Below are positions 10,001-17,891 of a stretch of 64,000 bases of DNA, in pieces. Each line of letters opens with the position of its first letter. The stretch's first letter is position 1. The DNA is from Chloroflexota bacterium (GTDB lineage: Bacteria; Chloroflexota; UBA11872; VXOZ01). Where the stretch lies: assembly GCA_963663275.1 (NCBI GenBank), contig OY760183.1, positions 1,184,001 to 1,248,000 of the forward strand, read 5' to 3'. The position numbers and the translations under genes are program-made. Under the pieces are notes generated by a model that saw only the letters and a list, made by a program, of their open reading frames with translations, did no database searches and was not told the origin of the DNA.

Positions 10001-10423
10001 GGCGTGGAGCGGATGGCGGAGGAACAGCTTGACGATGACCTTCCTGGCGCGAAGCTGGGCCGCCAGCCGCTGCAAGGTCCGTTCGTCTTCATTGGTCGGC
10101 GCGCCGATAGTGAGTTGGCGGCGCAGTTCCTCTGCCAACTGCATCCGCAAGCGGTGCGCGGCTTGGTTGTCCATGCCCTTAGGCGCGCCGCTCAGGCTCA
10201 GCGCCAGCCTGAGTTCCTCGTCAGGCGGGCGCTGCATGCCGATGAGCACGCGGCAGGGGCCGCTCTTCTCGTCCCAGCGGTCCACGTACGGCGCCAAGCC
10301 GCCCCAGCCCCTCAGGTTGAAGTAGCCGACGCAGAAATCCGCCCGGAAAGACAGGGCGAGGGCTTCCTGCAAGGCGGGCAGCAGCTTGGCGCCGGCTTCT
10401 AGATTGTCGAAGATGCGCGGCAT
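7031..10423 (-). CDS. PLD-nuclease domain + SNF2-type helicase (restriction subunit)
   Basis: HAKLY...GSSNLT PLD motif, DVVGLGKT Walker A, DESH, SATP, FSQF, SEGQNLQ, QRAGRVDRIG. Confidence 0.93.
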   Translation of the reverse strand: MPRIFDNLEAGAKLLPALQEALALSFRADFCVGYFNLRGWGGLAPYVDRWDEKSGPCRVLIGMQRPPDEELRLALSLSGAPKGMDNQAAHRLRMQLAEELRRQLTIGAPTNEDERTLQRLAAQLRARKVIVKLFLRHPLHAKLYLLHRDDPVNPIIGFLGSSNLTLAGLAGQGELNVDVLDQDATVKLKQWFEDRWNDRFCVDITGELLQIIEDSWAREALILPYHIYLKMAYHLSHEARAGLAEFNIPKVFGNRLFDFQAAAVKIAAHHLNKRNGVLIGDVVGLGKTLMATAVARIFEDDYDLETLIICPKNLAPMWQEYAHRYGLRAKTLSLSSVQSVLPNERRYRLVIIDESHNLRNREGRRYRAIQEYVRANDSKCILLSATPYNKSYKDLSNQLRLFVKDDASLGIRPERYLRQVGTIEFNRLHQAQPDSLAAFDNSEHPDDWRDLMRLYLVRRTRSFIQDNYAATDKATGRSFLTYEDGSRSFFPARVPKTVAFTIDESDPNDQFARLYSQEVVATVNELHLPRYGLGNYLKANPEVPPSTEESGQLDDLSRAGKRLMGFCRTNLFKRLESSGAAFMQSVERHALRNYVFLHAIEHGLPLPVGSQDAALLDLRLTDADEGTESLFAADDGEREDMEIQETAGAWTAAGLAERAAEVYAAYRQQYQTRFKWLRSDLFLDSLERDLRSDADALVDILHANGEWDPARDAKLDALHTLLTETLADRKVLVFSQFADTVLYLESKLSARGIGAMASATGSAQDPTQLAWRFSPVSNDKRQAVAEADELRVLIATDVLSEGQNLQDCSVVVNYDLPWAIIRLIQRAGRVDRIGQRAEDILCYSFLPAEGVERIIDLRSRVRARLKENAEVVGADEAFFEDEADDDAVLNLYHERAGILDGEPDGEVDLASHAYQIWKNAINADPRLEKAVKDLPDVVFSSRRHTPIAQRPEGVLVFTRTADGNDALAYVDRGGESITESQLAILAAAECRADTPAQPHHPDHHRLVAEGIAHAVREEKRVGGQLGRPSGARFRAYTRLRAYAGSIRGQLFDVDALHKAIDDIYHDPLRPSAVDTLNRQLRSGVDDAQLAEIVIGLHEADRLCLTRDENDDESQEPQIICSLGLFAGDEA

Positions 10424-10520
10424 TTGGGCTTCACCTTTGCCTCTTCCCGGCGCGCGTTCCTATGGCAAACGCCGCCCGTACACTCCTGACCGGACGTGCG
10501 CGCCGCCGCCGTCATCGGAT

Positions 10521-10976
10521 TCACACCGTGTTCTCCTCTTCCAGGAGGTCGCGCAACACGACGACGGGCAAGCGTGGCACGCGGCGAAAGTCCGAGTCGT
10601 TGGTGAGGAAGAGCGCGCAACCGGCGTCAAGCGCGGTTGCGGCGTGGAGGGCGTCGGGTGTTTGCAACCCGGTATCGGCCCGCAGACGGGCAGCGTCTTC
10701 AAAGACCGCATATGGGGCGTCCAACAGCACTACCGCCTTTGACCCAAAAAGCTCGCGGTACTGCGCTTCAATGTCCGTGTTGCCATCCTGTAGTGGCTTT
10801 ACAAGCGTTTCAACGACAATAATGGGGCTGCTCACGATGATGAGATTCCCATCCTGCGCGTGCCGCCACAATGGTTCCAGTAGCGTGCGGTATGGCTCTA
10901 TGCGCTCCACGCTATAGATGAGGACGCTGGCATCGAGATATATCAGGCCGCTATCGGGAAGAGTTAGCGGTCCCAC
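10521..10976 (-). CDS. vapC: PIN-domain (VapC-like) toxin
   Basis: IYLDASVLIY, VETLVKP, TPDALHAATA, FLTNDSDF. Confidence 0.92.
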   Translation of the reverse strand: MGPLTLPDSGLIYLDASVLIYSVERIEPYRTLLEPLWRHAQDGNLIIVSSPIIVVETLVKPLQDGNTDIEAQYRELFGSKAVVLLDAPYAVFEDAARLRADTGLQTPDALHAATALDAGCALFLTNDSDFRRVPRLPVVVLRDLLEEENTV

Positions 10977-11197
10977 GACGCCTTCTCTTGTGCCAAGTAC
11001 GCTCTCACCTCTGCCGCCGTTTGGAACAGCCGGCGCTCCGGCCCGCTGTTCAGTATCTCGATTGCGGAGCGGCCCCGCTTAGCGGATTCGTGCCGCACGA
11101 TCACGTCCACCGTCTGCCCCGGTTCCAACTCCGGGCAGACTATTTCCACCTTGCCGCCCGGCAAGACTGTAGTCTTCCGCTGGATTGTCTCTTGCAT
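10964..11197 (-). CDS. Antitoxin partner of the PIN toxin
   Basis: Own GGAGG RBS and ATG 11197; TTVLPGGKVEI..PEL.PG.TVDV; C-terminal E.ASWD overlaps the toxin start. Confidence 0.75.
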   Translation of the reverse strand: MQETIQRKTTVLPGGKVEIVCPELEPGQTVDVIVRHESAKRGRSAIEILNSGPERRLFQTAAEVRAYLAQEKASWDR

Positions 11198-11359
11198 TGT
11201 GGTCCTCCCTGCTTGCGGCGCTTCCCCTTCGTCGAAGTGGCACAGCACCGCATCCCGCAGCATATCCTTGAGTTGCTCCCAGTTGTCGGCTTGGGTGAAG
11301 ATGCCGTAGCCGCCGTCGCGAGATTTCCGCACTTGAAAGGTTATTTCAGCGTCTGTCAT
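11198..11359 (-). pseudogene. Shortened HicB-like antitoxin remnant fused in frame to the downstream antitoxin
   Basis: EITFQV...GGY.GIFTQADNWEQLKDMLRDAVLCHFDEG; RBS GGAG and ATG 11359; no stop before the next gene. Confidence 0.55.
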
Positions 11360-11488
11360 CGCCTGTCTCCTCATCAGTGTCAGTATACTACGCTTGTACG
11401 ACTCCCCTAGCATCGCTGCCGCGTTTGGTTCTTTCTGAGGCTGGCTCGCGTGTGCGGCACGCGGCCGCGCGACGCCTTGCGCGGAATG

Positions 11489-11869
11489 CTACCGCTGCCC
11501 CAACTGCGCCTTGAATTGGGCCGTATCCCAGTATTCGCGCCATTCAGTGATTTTGCCGTTGTGGCAGGTGATGAAGACGCTGGCGGGGAGGCGGGCGGGG
11601 TTGCCGGTGGCGCGGTGACGGCAGGAGAACTCCCACTCGCAGGCGGCGCTTTCGCCTTGGGCCACCACGGCGCGCAGCGTGAGGCGGATTTGAGCGAAGG
11701 CGCTGAAGAAGGCCGTGAGCGACTGGCGAATGGCGGGCAGGCCGCTAAGCGTCTGCCCGGAGGCGCCGGTGAGCATGGCGTCCGGCGCGAAATCGCGCAG
11801 AATGGCTTCGATGTCCCCGGCGTTCCAGGCGGCGGTCTGGCGCTCCAGAATGTGCGCGGGCGTTGGCAT
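11489..11869 (-). CDS. SnoaL/NTF2-like protein
   Basis: AWNAGDIEAI..FAPDA; GKITEWREYWD. Confidence 0.9.
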   Translation of the reverse strand: MPTPAHILERQTAAWNAGDIEAILRDFAPDAMLTGASGQTLSGLPAIRQSLTAFFSAFAQIRLTLRAVVAQGESAACEWEFSCRHRATGNPARLPASVFITCHNGKITEWREYWDTAQFKAQLGQR

Positions 11870-11896
11870 GGATTGACTACTCCTGTCAGCCCCAAA

Positions 11897-12985
11897 TTAC
11901 GCCGGTACGGCGCCGCGCGCCAGGTAGAGCAGCGCCAGCACGGCAATGCCCCAGAGCGCCACGCTGGCCAGCAGCCACGGATCGCGGAAGAGCAGGGTTT
12001 CGGGGGCGTCGCTGCCGCCGGGATTGCGCGCGGCGCGGAGGTAGCGCAGCAGGCCGAAAGCAACGAACGGCGTGGTGACGATGAGCCGCGGGTCGCCGAA
12101 CGTGGCGGGTGCGAAAAGCGTGTAGAGCACGTAGGCAACGGCGGTGGTGGCCGCCACCAGCCGCAGCCAGCGGTCCAGCGAGGCGGTGGTGTACCGCGCC
12201 AGGTTGCGGCGGTGGGCGGCGGCGCCGGTGCCCAGCAACGCCAACTCGCCCCGGCGCTTGCCCAGGATGATCAGCAGGGAGAGCAACAGCGTGCAGATGT
12301 AGAGCCAGGGCGAGATGGGCGTGAGCACGGCGGCGGTGCCGGCGGCGGCGCGCAGCACGAAGCCGAGGGCGATCAGCGCCGCGTCCAAGAGCGCCACGTG
12401 CTTCAGCCAGGCGCTGTAGGCCAGGTTCATGGCTACGTAGAGGGCGAGGATCGCGCCCAGGACGACCTGAAGCAGGAACGCGCCCGCCAGCGCGCCGCCC
12501 AGCAAGACGACGGCGGCGCAAAGCGCGGCCGGCAGCGGCAACGCTCCCGCCGCCAAGGGACGCTTGCGCTTGAGCGGGTGCGCGCGGTCGGCCTCTACGT
12601 CCAGGATGTCGTTGACCAGATAGATGCCGCCGCTGGCCAGGACGAAAAGGCCGAACGTGAGTACGCTGGCAAGCACGGCGTCACGGTCCGTGAGTTGCTG
12701 GGAGAAGATGACACCGGCGAAGACGAGCACGTTCTTCACCCACTGCTGCGGACGGGTGGAGCGCAGCAGCGCGATGGCGATGGCTAGCGGGGAGCGTTGG
12801 GCCGCGCTTGGCGGCGCGCCGGTCGTCCCGGTCGAGGAGTGCGGCGGCTGCCCCTCACCCCGGCCCTCTCCCCAGGGAGAGGGAGTCTTCGCGCCTGGCG
12901 GCGCGGGATGTGTGGCGGACCGGTAGCCTGCGCCTTTGGCAGGCTTGGAGCGGCTGCTGCCGGTCGTGGAGGAGTTGACGTTCAC
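11897..12985 (-). CDS. UbiA-family prenyltransferase (decaprenyl-phosphate phosphoribosyltransferase-like)
   Basis: RPQQWVKN, YLVNDILDVEADRAHPLKRKRPLAAG, multiple TM helices; GTG overlaps the tilS stop. Confidence 0.9.
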   Translation of the reverse strand: MNVNSSTTGSSRSKPAKGAGYRSATHPAPPGAKTPSPWGEGRGEGQPPHSSTGTTGAPPSAAQRSPLAIAIALLRSTRPQQWVKNVLVFAGVIFSQQLTDRDAVLASVLTFGLFVLASGGIYLVNDILDVEADRAHPLKRKRPLAAGALPLPAALCAAVVLLGGALAGAFLLQVVLGAILALYVAMNLAYSAWLKHVALLDAALIALGFVLRAAAGTAAVLTPISPWLYICTLLLSLLIILGKRRGELALLGTGAAAHRRNLARYTTASLDRWLRLVAATTAVAYVLYTLFAPATFGDPRLIVTTPFVAFGLLRYLRAARNPGGSDAPETLLFRDPWLLASVALWGIAVLALLYLARGAVPA

Positions 12986-13071
12986 GGCTGCCCCTCACCC
13001 CGGCCCTCTCCCCAGGGAGAGGGAGTTTCTTCCCAGGGAGAGGGAGCTTTCGCGCCTGGCGGGGTGGGATG
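12844..13071. repeat. Two direct copies of a family A-containing unit spanning the tilS/ubiA junction
   Basis: cggctgcccctcaccccggccctctcccccagggagagggag at about 12845 and 12985; both read PSPWGEGRGEGQP. Confidence 0.85.
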
Positions 13072-14673
13072 GGGGTTGGGCAGGTCTTCCGCGCGGACGC
13101 CGCGATCCGCAAGAGGGGATTCAGCGGGGACCGTTTCCAGGCGCAGGTGGATGACCTGGCGGGTGTGGGCCGTTACCCGATAGCGGTTGTCAATGCGGTG
13201 GCCTCCCACCCAGACGATAGCGTCCCGCTCATTGACAACCAGCGGCACGCGGTCTCGGCGGCGCGCGGGCACACGGGCATCCACCAGAAAGTCTTGCAGT
13301 TTCTTGGCGCCGGTCATGCCCAGCGGCGTGAAGCGGTCGCCCGGCCGGCGCGCCCGCGCGCGCAGCGGCCCGTCCACACGGGTGGCGTCCAGCCAGGCGT
13401 TCTCGCCGGCGCCGGCGTGGAAATCGGCCTGTTCCGGCGCAACCACTGCGGCGTCGATGCGGCATCCCAGCGGCGCGATCTCTGTGGCGCCGGGAATGCG
13501 CAGCGGAATGGGCGCGAACGGCTCGTACGCCGGCGCATAGCCAATCCAGACGCCGTCCTGTTCGATACGGCAGAGCAGGCCGCCGGGGAGTTTCGCCGCC
13601 GCGCCGGCGCCACCGTCGCGGAGCGTTGCCCGCGCCTGCGCCAGGTGCGCGTATTCCAGCCCCTGCGTGTGCCCGCTAACGCGGGACGCTGCGCGGCGCA
13701 GCGCCGCCGTTTGCAGGGCCGGTGGCAATGCCCGCCAGGCGGCGCGATCGAGCAACACGCCGCCGTCGCAACTTTGGGCGTGGCGATGCAGCCAATCGTC
13801 CGCCGCGCCGATCAGGTAGGCGTAGTCTTCCGCCAGCAGGCGGGCGGCGCGGGCCAGCGTGCGCGCCGCGGCGGGATAGCGCGTTTCCAGCAGCGGCAGC
13901 GCCGTATGGCGCAGCCAGTTTCGCTGCGGCGCGGTGTCCGCGTTGCTGCTGTCTTCCCGATACGTCAGGCCCCGGCGGGCGCAGTACGCGCGCAGGTCGG
14001 CGCGCGAGACGTCCAGCAGCGGCCGCGCCAGGGTGATGGGGGCTTGCGGCTGGCCGTTCTCATGCATTGCCGTAGAGCGCAGAGGCGGTGCCGTTTCAGC
14101 GAGAGGCAGCGCTGTTTCAGCGAGCGGCGGCAGCGGACTGGCGTAGCGCATTCCGGCAAGCCCGCCGAGGCCGCTGCCGCGCAAGAGGTGCAGCAGCACG
14201 GTCTCGGCCTGGTCGTCCTGATGGTGCGCCAGCGCGATATTGCGCGCGCCTACGTCCCGGGCGATGGCGGCCAGCGCCGCGTAGCGCAATTGCCGCGCCG
14301 TGTTCTCCGGTGAGGCGTGCGTCTGCTGCGCGCGGGCGACGTCGATCGTTTGAATGGCGCACGGCAAACCGGCGCGCTCAGCCAACTGCGCCACGAACGC
14401 GGCGTCCGCGTCGGACTCCGCGCCGCGCAACTGGTGGTTGACGTGGGCGATGTGCAGACGCCAGCGTCTGGCCGGCGCGAGTTGCCGCAGGATGTCCAAC
14501 AAGGCCACGGAGTCGGCTCCGCCGGACACGGCTACCACGACTGCGCCGCCGGCCGGCAGCAATGCGTGGGCGGCAATGGCCGCCGCCGCGGCATCCAGCA
14601 GCGGCTCGGTCGGCGGCTCTTGCTCATGGGCCGCGTCCAAGGCGGCATCTGTCGAATCCTCTACACTCTCCAT
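12982..14673 (-). CDS. tilS: tRNA(Ile)-lysidine synthetase
   Basis: AVSGGADS PP-loop, HHQDDQAET, RPLL, EDSSN, C-terminal PGDRF..KKLQDFL. Confidence 0.95.
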   Translation of the reverse strand: MESVEDSTDAALDAAHEQEPPTEPLLDAAAAAIAAHALLPAGGAVVVAVSGGADSVALLDILRQLAPARRWRLHIAHVNHQLRGAESDADAAFVAQLAERAGLPCAIQTIDVARAQQTHASPENTARQLRYAALAAIARDVGARNIALAHHQDDQAETVLLHLLRGSGLGGLAGMRYASPLPPLAETALPLAETAPPLRSTAMHENGQPQAPITLARPLLDVSRADLRAYCARRGLTYREDSSNADTAPQRNWLRHTALPLLETRYPAAARTLARAARLLAEDYAYLIGAADDWLHRHAQSCDGGVLLDRAAWRALPPALQTAALRRAASRVSGHTQGLEYAHLAQARATLRDGGAGAAAKLPGGLLCRIEQDGVWIGYAPAYEPFAPIPLRIPGATEIAPLGCRIDAAVVAPEQADFHAGAGENAWLDATRVDGPLRARARRPGDRFTPLGMTGAKKLQDFLVDARVPARRRDRVPLVVNERDAIVWVGGHRIDNRYRVTAHTRQVIHLRLETVPAESPLADRGVRAEDLPNPHPTPPGAKAPSPWEETPSPWGEGRGEGQP

Positions 14674-14732
14674 ACCGTCATGGTACCCCAGCCGCGCCCG
14701 CCGTTCACTTCACGCCGCGCTGGGCAGCCGCT

Positions 14733-14831
14733 TCACGCCCGCATGGCGCGGTTGATGGCGTTAAGTTTGTCCGGCCGGTTCAGCGTGACCTGCGCGACTT
14801 TATCGGTAACGGTGTAATCGATGAACGACAT
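14733..14831 (-). pseudogene. N-terminal fragment of an enoyl-CoA hydratase
   Basis: AAGGA RBS; MSFIDYTVTDKVAQVTLNRPDKLNAINRAMRA*. LNRP..LNA is the crotonase signature. Not in the ORF track. Confidence 0.8.
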
Positions 14832-14961
14832 AGTTATTCCTTTCATATTTGCGAGACGCGGACCCGGCGTAAGGCGTACCTGCCCGCGCGATTACATACG
14901 ATAGCAACTTCGCTCTCATGGATGATTGCGGCGTGCACAAACAGCTTGCCGCAGCGCGGCT

Positions 14962-15258
14962 TCATGCGTGCTCCGATGCTACCAGCGGCTCGATGCCGCT
15001 GACGTCGGCTGCGGCGCGCGCCACGTCCAAGTCGTACATCCGCTGGAGATTCAGCCAGAAGTCCGGCGTCATGTCGAGGGCCTTGCCGATACGCAAGGCG
15101 GTATCGGCCGTAATTGCGCGGCGGCCGCGCACGATCTGATTGATGCGTATCGGCGCTACGCCGATCGCCTTGGCCAGGCGGTACTGGCTGATGCCGAGTT
15201 CATCGAGAATCTCGGCGAGATGTTCGCCGGGATGGATGGGAGCGGCGGTTGTGTCGAT
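14962..15258 (-). CDS. higA: HigA-family antitoxin (orphan), apparent ATC start
   Basis: PIHPGEHLAEILDELGISQYRLAKAIGV...ITADTALRIGKAL..TPDFWLNLQ..YDL. GAGGAG RBS 8 nt before ATC, with an in-frame TGA upstream. Not in the ORF track. Confidence 0.8.
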   Translation of the reverse strand: MDTTAAPIHPGEHLAEILDELGISQYRLAKAIGVAPIRINQIVRGRRAITADTALRIGKALDMTPDFWLNLQRMYDLDVARAAADVSGIEPLVASEHA

Positions 15259-15303
15259 TGGCTGTTCTCCTCATTGGCGGTTGGCAGTTCCACTATGGCG
15301 TCT

Positions 15304-17766
15304 TTAGTTCTGTAGCGGTTTGCCTGTCCTGAGGATGTGGTCGATGCGCGCTTGCGACTTCGGCTCCCCGCAAAGGCTGACGAATGCCGCGCGTTCCAGG
15401 TCGAGGAAATGCTCCTCAGGCGCCGGAGTGCCGACCGCAGCGTCACCACCGGTGAGGATGAAGGCGAGCTTTCGGGCGATTTTCAGGTCGTGGGCGCTGG
15501 CTTTGCCCGCTTGCGCCTGTTCCTCCACCGGCGCGAGCAGCGCGGCGCGGGCGCTGCTGCCGAGCACCGGCAGTTCGACCGGCTTGGCGCTGTCGGAAGC
15601 GCCCGCTTTGGATAGCGCGATGGCTTCCGCCTTGGCGCGGTAGAGCAGATGATCGGGGTTCGGTTCGATCACGTCGCTGGCGCGCAGATAGCCGATTTCC
15701 AGCGCGTCGGGCGCGTGCTGCGACACTCTTGCCTGGCGAATCGTCTCGAAAGCCCGCCGCACGGCGTGGGCGGTGTCTCGTTTCGTGCCGTCATTCCCGC
15801 GGGCAGCCAGGCCGTCATTCCCACGCAAAGCCTCTTCGTCATTCCCGCGCAGGCGGGAATCCATCTTCTCTTCACCATCGGCGGACACCATCCGCAGCAG
15901 CAGTTCCTTGCAGCCGCCGCCGGCGGGTACCAGGCCCACGGCGGTCTCCACCAGGCCCACGTAGCTTTCCCGCGCCGCCACCATCCGCCGCGCGGAAAGC
16001 CCCAGTTCCAGACCGCCGCCGAGCGCGCGCCCGTAGAGGGCGGTAACGAAAGGCACGGGCATGCGCTTGAGCGCCAATAGGGAGTACTGCAACTTGTGGA
16101 TGAAGGACTCGATGACGTCCCACTGTTGCGCCTGCGCGGCCTGGAGAATGACGGCCAGGTTCGCGCCCAGGCAGAAGTGGGGCTGCGCGTGGCTGCTGAG
16201 CGCGAGACCCCGGAAGGCGGGCGGCACGCGCTCGGCGGCGCTCTCCAGCATGTCGAGCACGTCGGAGTCAATAGTCTGCTTCGGCCCGTGCACGTCCAGG
16301 AAAGCAATGCCGTCGCCCAGGTCGCGGAGCGTCGCGCCGGCGTTGGCGGCCACCGGCGCGGCTTGCGCGCGCAGCCACGGCAAGGAGAGCGTCCGTTCGC
16401 TCCCCGGAACGGGCGTGTAGGCGGCTTGCGGCGTTGCCTGCTCCGCGCCGGTCCGGGTGTAGCGATAGAACGGCTCGTTCCGCTGGGCGAGCGCCGTAAC
16501 CCACGGCGGCGCCGCCAGACCGTCCCGCGCCATGCGGTCCGCCGTTTCCGCGATGCCCATCGCTTCCCACGTCTCGAACGGCCCCAGTTCCCAGGCGAAA
16601 CCCCAGCGCATGGCGTTGTCGATGCTGGCGATCTCGCCGGTCACCTCAGGGACTTTGCCCGCCGCAAAGGCGCAGAGCCGCGAGAGGATGCGCCAGGCGA
16701 GGCGGCCGGCAACGTCGTCGGCCTGCGCCAGGGTCGCGATGCGCGCGCCGCCATCTTCAATTGTGCGAATGGCGGCCAGCGAGGGCGCATCGAGCTTGCG
16801 CTGCGGGCGGTACTCCAGGGTTTCCGGGTCGAGGACGAGGATTTCCCGACGACCGTCAATCTGCGCACGCTTATAGAATCCCTGGCCGCTCTTCTCGCCC
16901 AGCCAGCCGCGCTCCACCATCGCGCGCACGAAATCGGGCACGGCGAACGCCGCCTGTTCCCAGGCTTCCGGCACGGTGGCTTGCAGCTTGTCGCAGATGT
17001 CAACGTAAACGTCGATGCCGATCAGGTCGAGAGTGCGGAAGGTGGCGCTGCGGGGACGGCCCAGCGGCGGACCGGTGACCGCGTCTACCTCGCCGGGGCC
17101 GAGGCCCATCTCACGCATGGCGCGCAGGGTATCCGCGAAAACGTAAAGCCCGATCCGGTTTCCCACAAACCCGGGCACGTCGTGGGCGAGCACGCAGCCT
17201 TTGCCCAGCGTCTCGCTGCCAAAGCGCCGCACGGCCGCGGTAATGGCGGGAGCGGTCTCCGCCGTGGGGATCAGTTCGAAGAGCCGCAGGTAGCGCGGTG
17301 GATTGAAGAAGTGCGCGCCCAGGAAACGCGGTCGCAGGTCCGCGGGCAGCGCGGCGGCGATTGAGTGAATCGGAATGCTGGAGGTGTTCGTGCTGGCAAT
17401 GGCGTCGTCCCGTACGTGCGGCGCGAGCGCCGACCAGAGGCGCCGCTTGACGTCCAGGTCTTCGAAGACCGCCTCAATGACCCAATCGCACTCGTTCAGG
17501 CGCGCGGCGTGGTCGTCCACGTTGCCGGGGCGGATGCGCTCCGCGTCGTCGCGGGCGAACAACGGTGAAGGCCGCATGGCGGCGAGTTTCTCCAGAGCCG
17601 CCTCGGCGCGTTGATTGCGTCCTTTTGCGTCTGGCAGGTCGAGCAACTCGCACACGATGCCAAATCCGGCCAGCAGCGCCGCGATCTGCGCGCCCATGGT
17701 GCCCGCGCCGATGACGGCGGCGCGGCGGACGGTCCAATCGCCTTTCGATGACTGCGGTCCGGCCAA
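15304..17766 (-). CDS. fadN: 3-hydroxyacyl-CoA dehydrogenase/enoyl-CoA hydratase (FadN-like)
   Basis: GAGTMG, EAVFEDL, STNTSS, HFFNPPRY, C-terminal ALGGGLEL and GKPLQN; AAGGAG before TTG 17766. Confidence 0.9.
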   Translation of the reverse strand: MAGPQSSKGDWTVRRAAVIGAGTMGAQIAALLAGFGIVCELLDLPDAKGRNQRAEAALEKLAAMRPSPLFARDDAERIRPGNVDDHAARLNECDWVIEAVFEDLDVKRRLWSALAPHVRDDAIASTNTSSIPIHSIAAALPADLRPRFLGAHFFNPPRYLRLFELIPTAETAPAITAAVRRFGSETLGKGCVLAHDVPGFVGNRIGLYVFADTLRAMREMGLGPGEVDAVTGPPLGRPRSATFRTLDLIGIDVYVDICDKLQATVPEAWEQAAFAVPDFVRAMVERGWLGEKSGQGFYKRAQIDGRREILVLDPETLEYRPQRKLDAPSLAAIRTIEDGGARIATLAQADDVAGRLAWRILSRLCAFAAGKVPEVTGEIASIDNAMRWGFAWELGPFETWEAMGIAETADRMARDGLAAPPWVTALAQRNEPFYRYTRTGAEQATPQAAYTPVPGSERTLSLPWLRAQAAPVAANAGATLRDLGDGIAFLDVHGPKQTIDSDVLDMLESAAERVPPAFRGLALSSHAQPHFCLGANLAVILQAAQAQQWDVIESFIHKLQYSLLALKRMPVPFVTALYGRALGGGLELGLSARRMVAARESYVGLVETAVGLVPAGGGCKELLLRMVSADGEEKMDSRLRGNDEEALRGNDGLAARGNDGTKRDTAHAVRRAFETIRQARVSQHAPDALEIGYLRASDVIEPNPDHLLYRAKAEAIALSKAGASDSAKPVELPVLGSSARAALLAPVEEQAQAGKASAHDLKIARKLAFILTGGDAAVGTPAPEEHFLDLERAAFVSLCGEPKSQARIDHILRTGKPLQN
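15790..15864. repeat. Family G repeat (gtcattcccgcgcaggcgggaatcca) with 24-bp tandem derivatives, in frame in FadN
   Basis: Encodes MDSRLRGND-EEALRGND-GLAARGND. Confidence 0.85.
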
Positions 17767-17891
17767 TGCTGTCTCCTTACGTGTGCGGCGCATACGACGC
17801 GGACGGTCGCCGCGCGATGCCCGAGATGAAAGTCCTCTGCCGCGCCCAGAGGCGGGGGACAAGCCCCCGCGCTACGGTACTATGTTTGGGT

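Noticed and set aside
2598-10423. Calling the locus BREX or DISARM
   Set aside because: No PglZ/BrxC or DrmA/DrmB (DUF1998) genes in the window.
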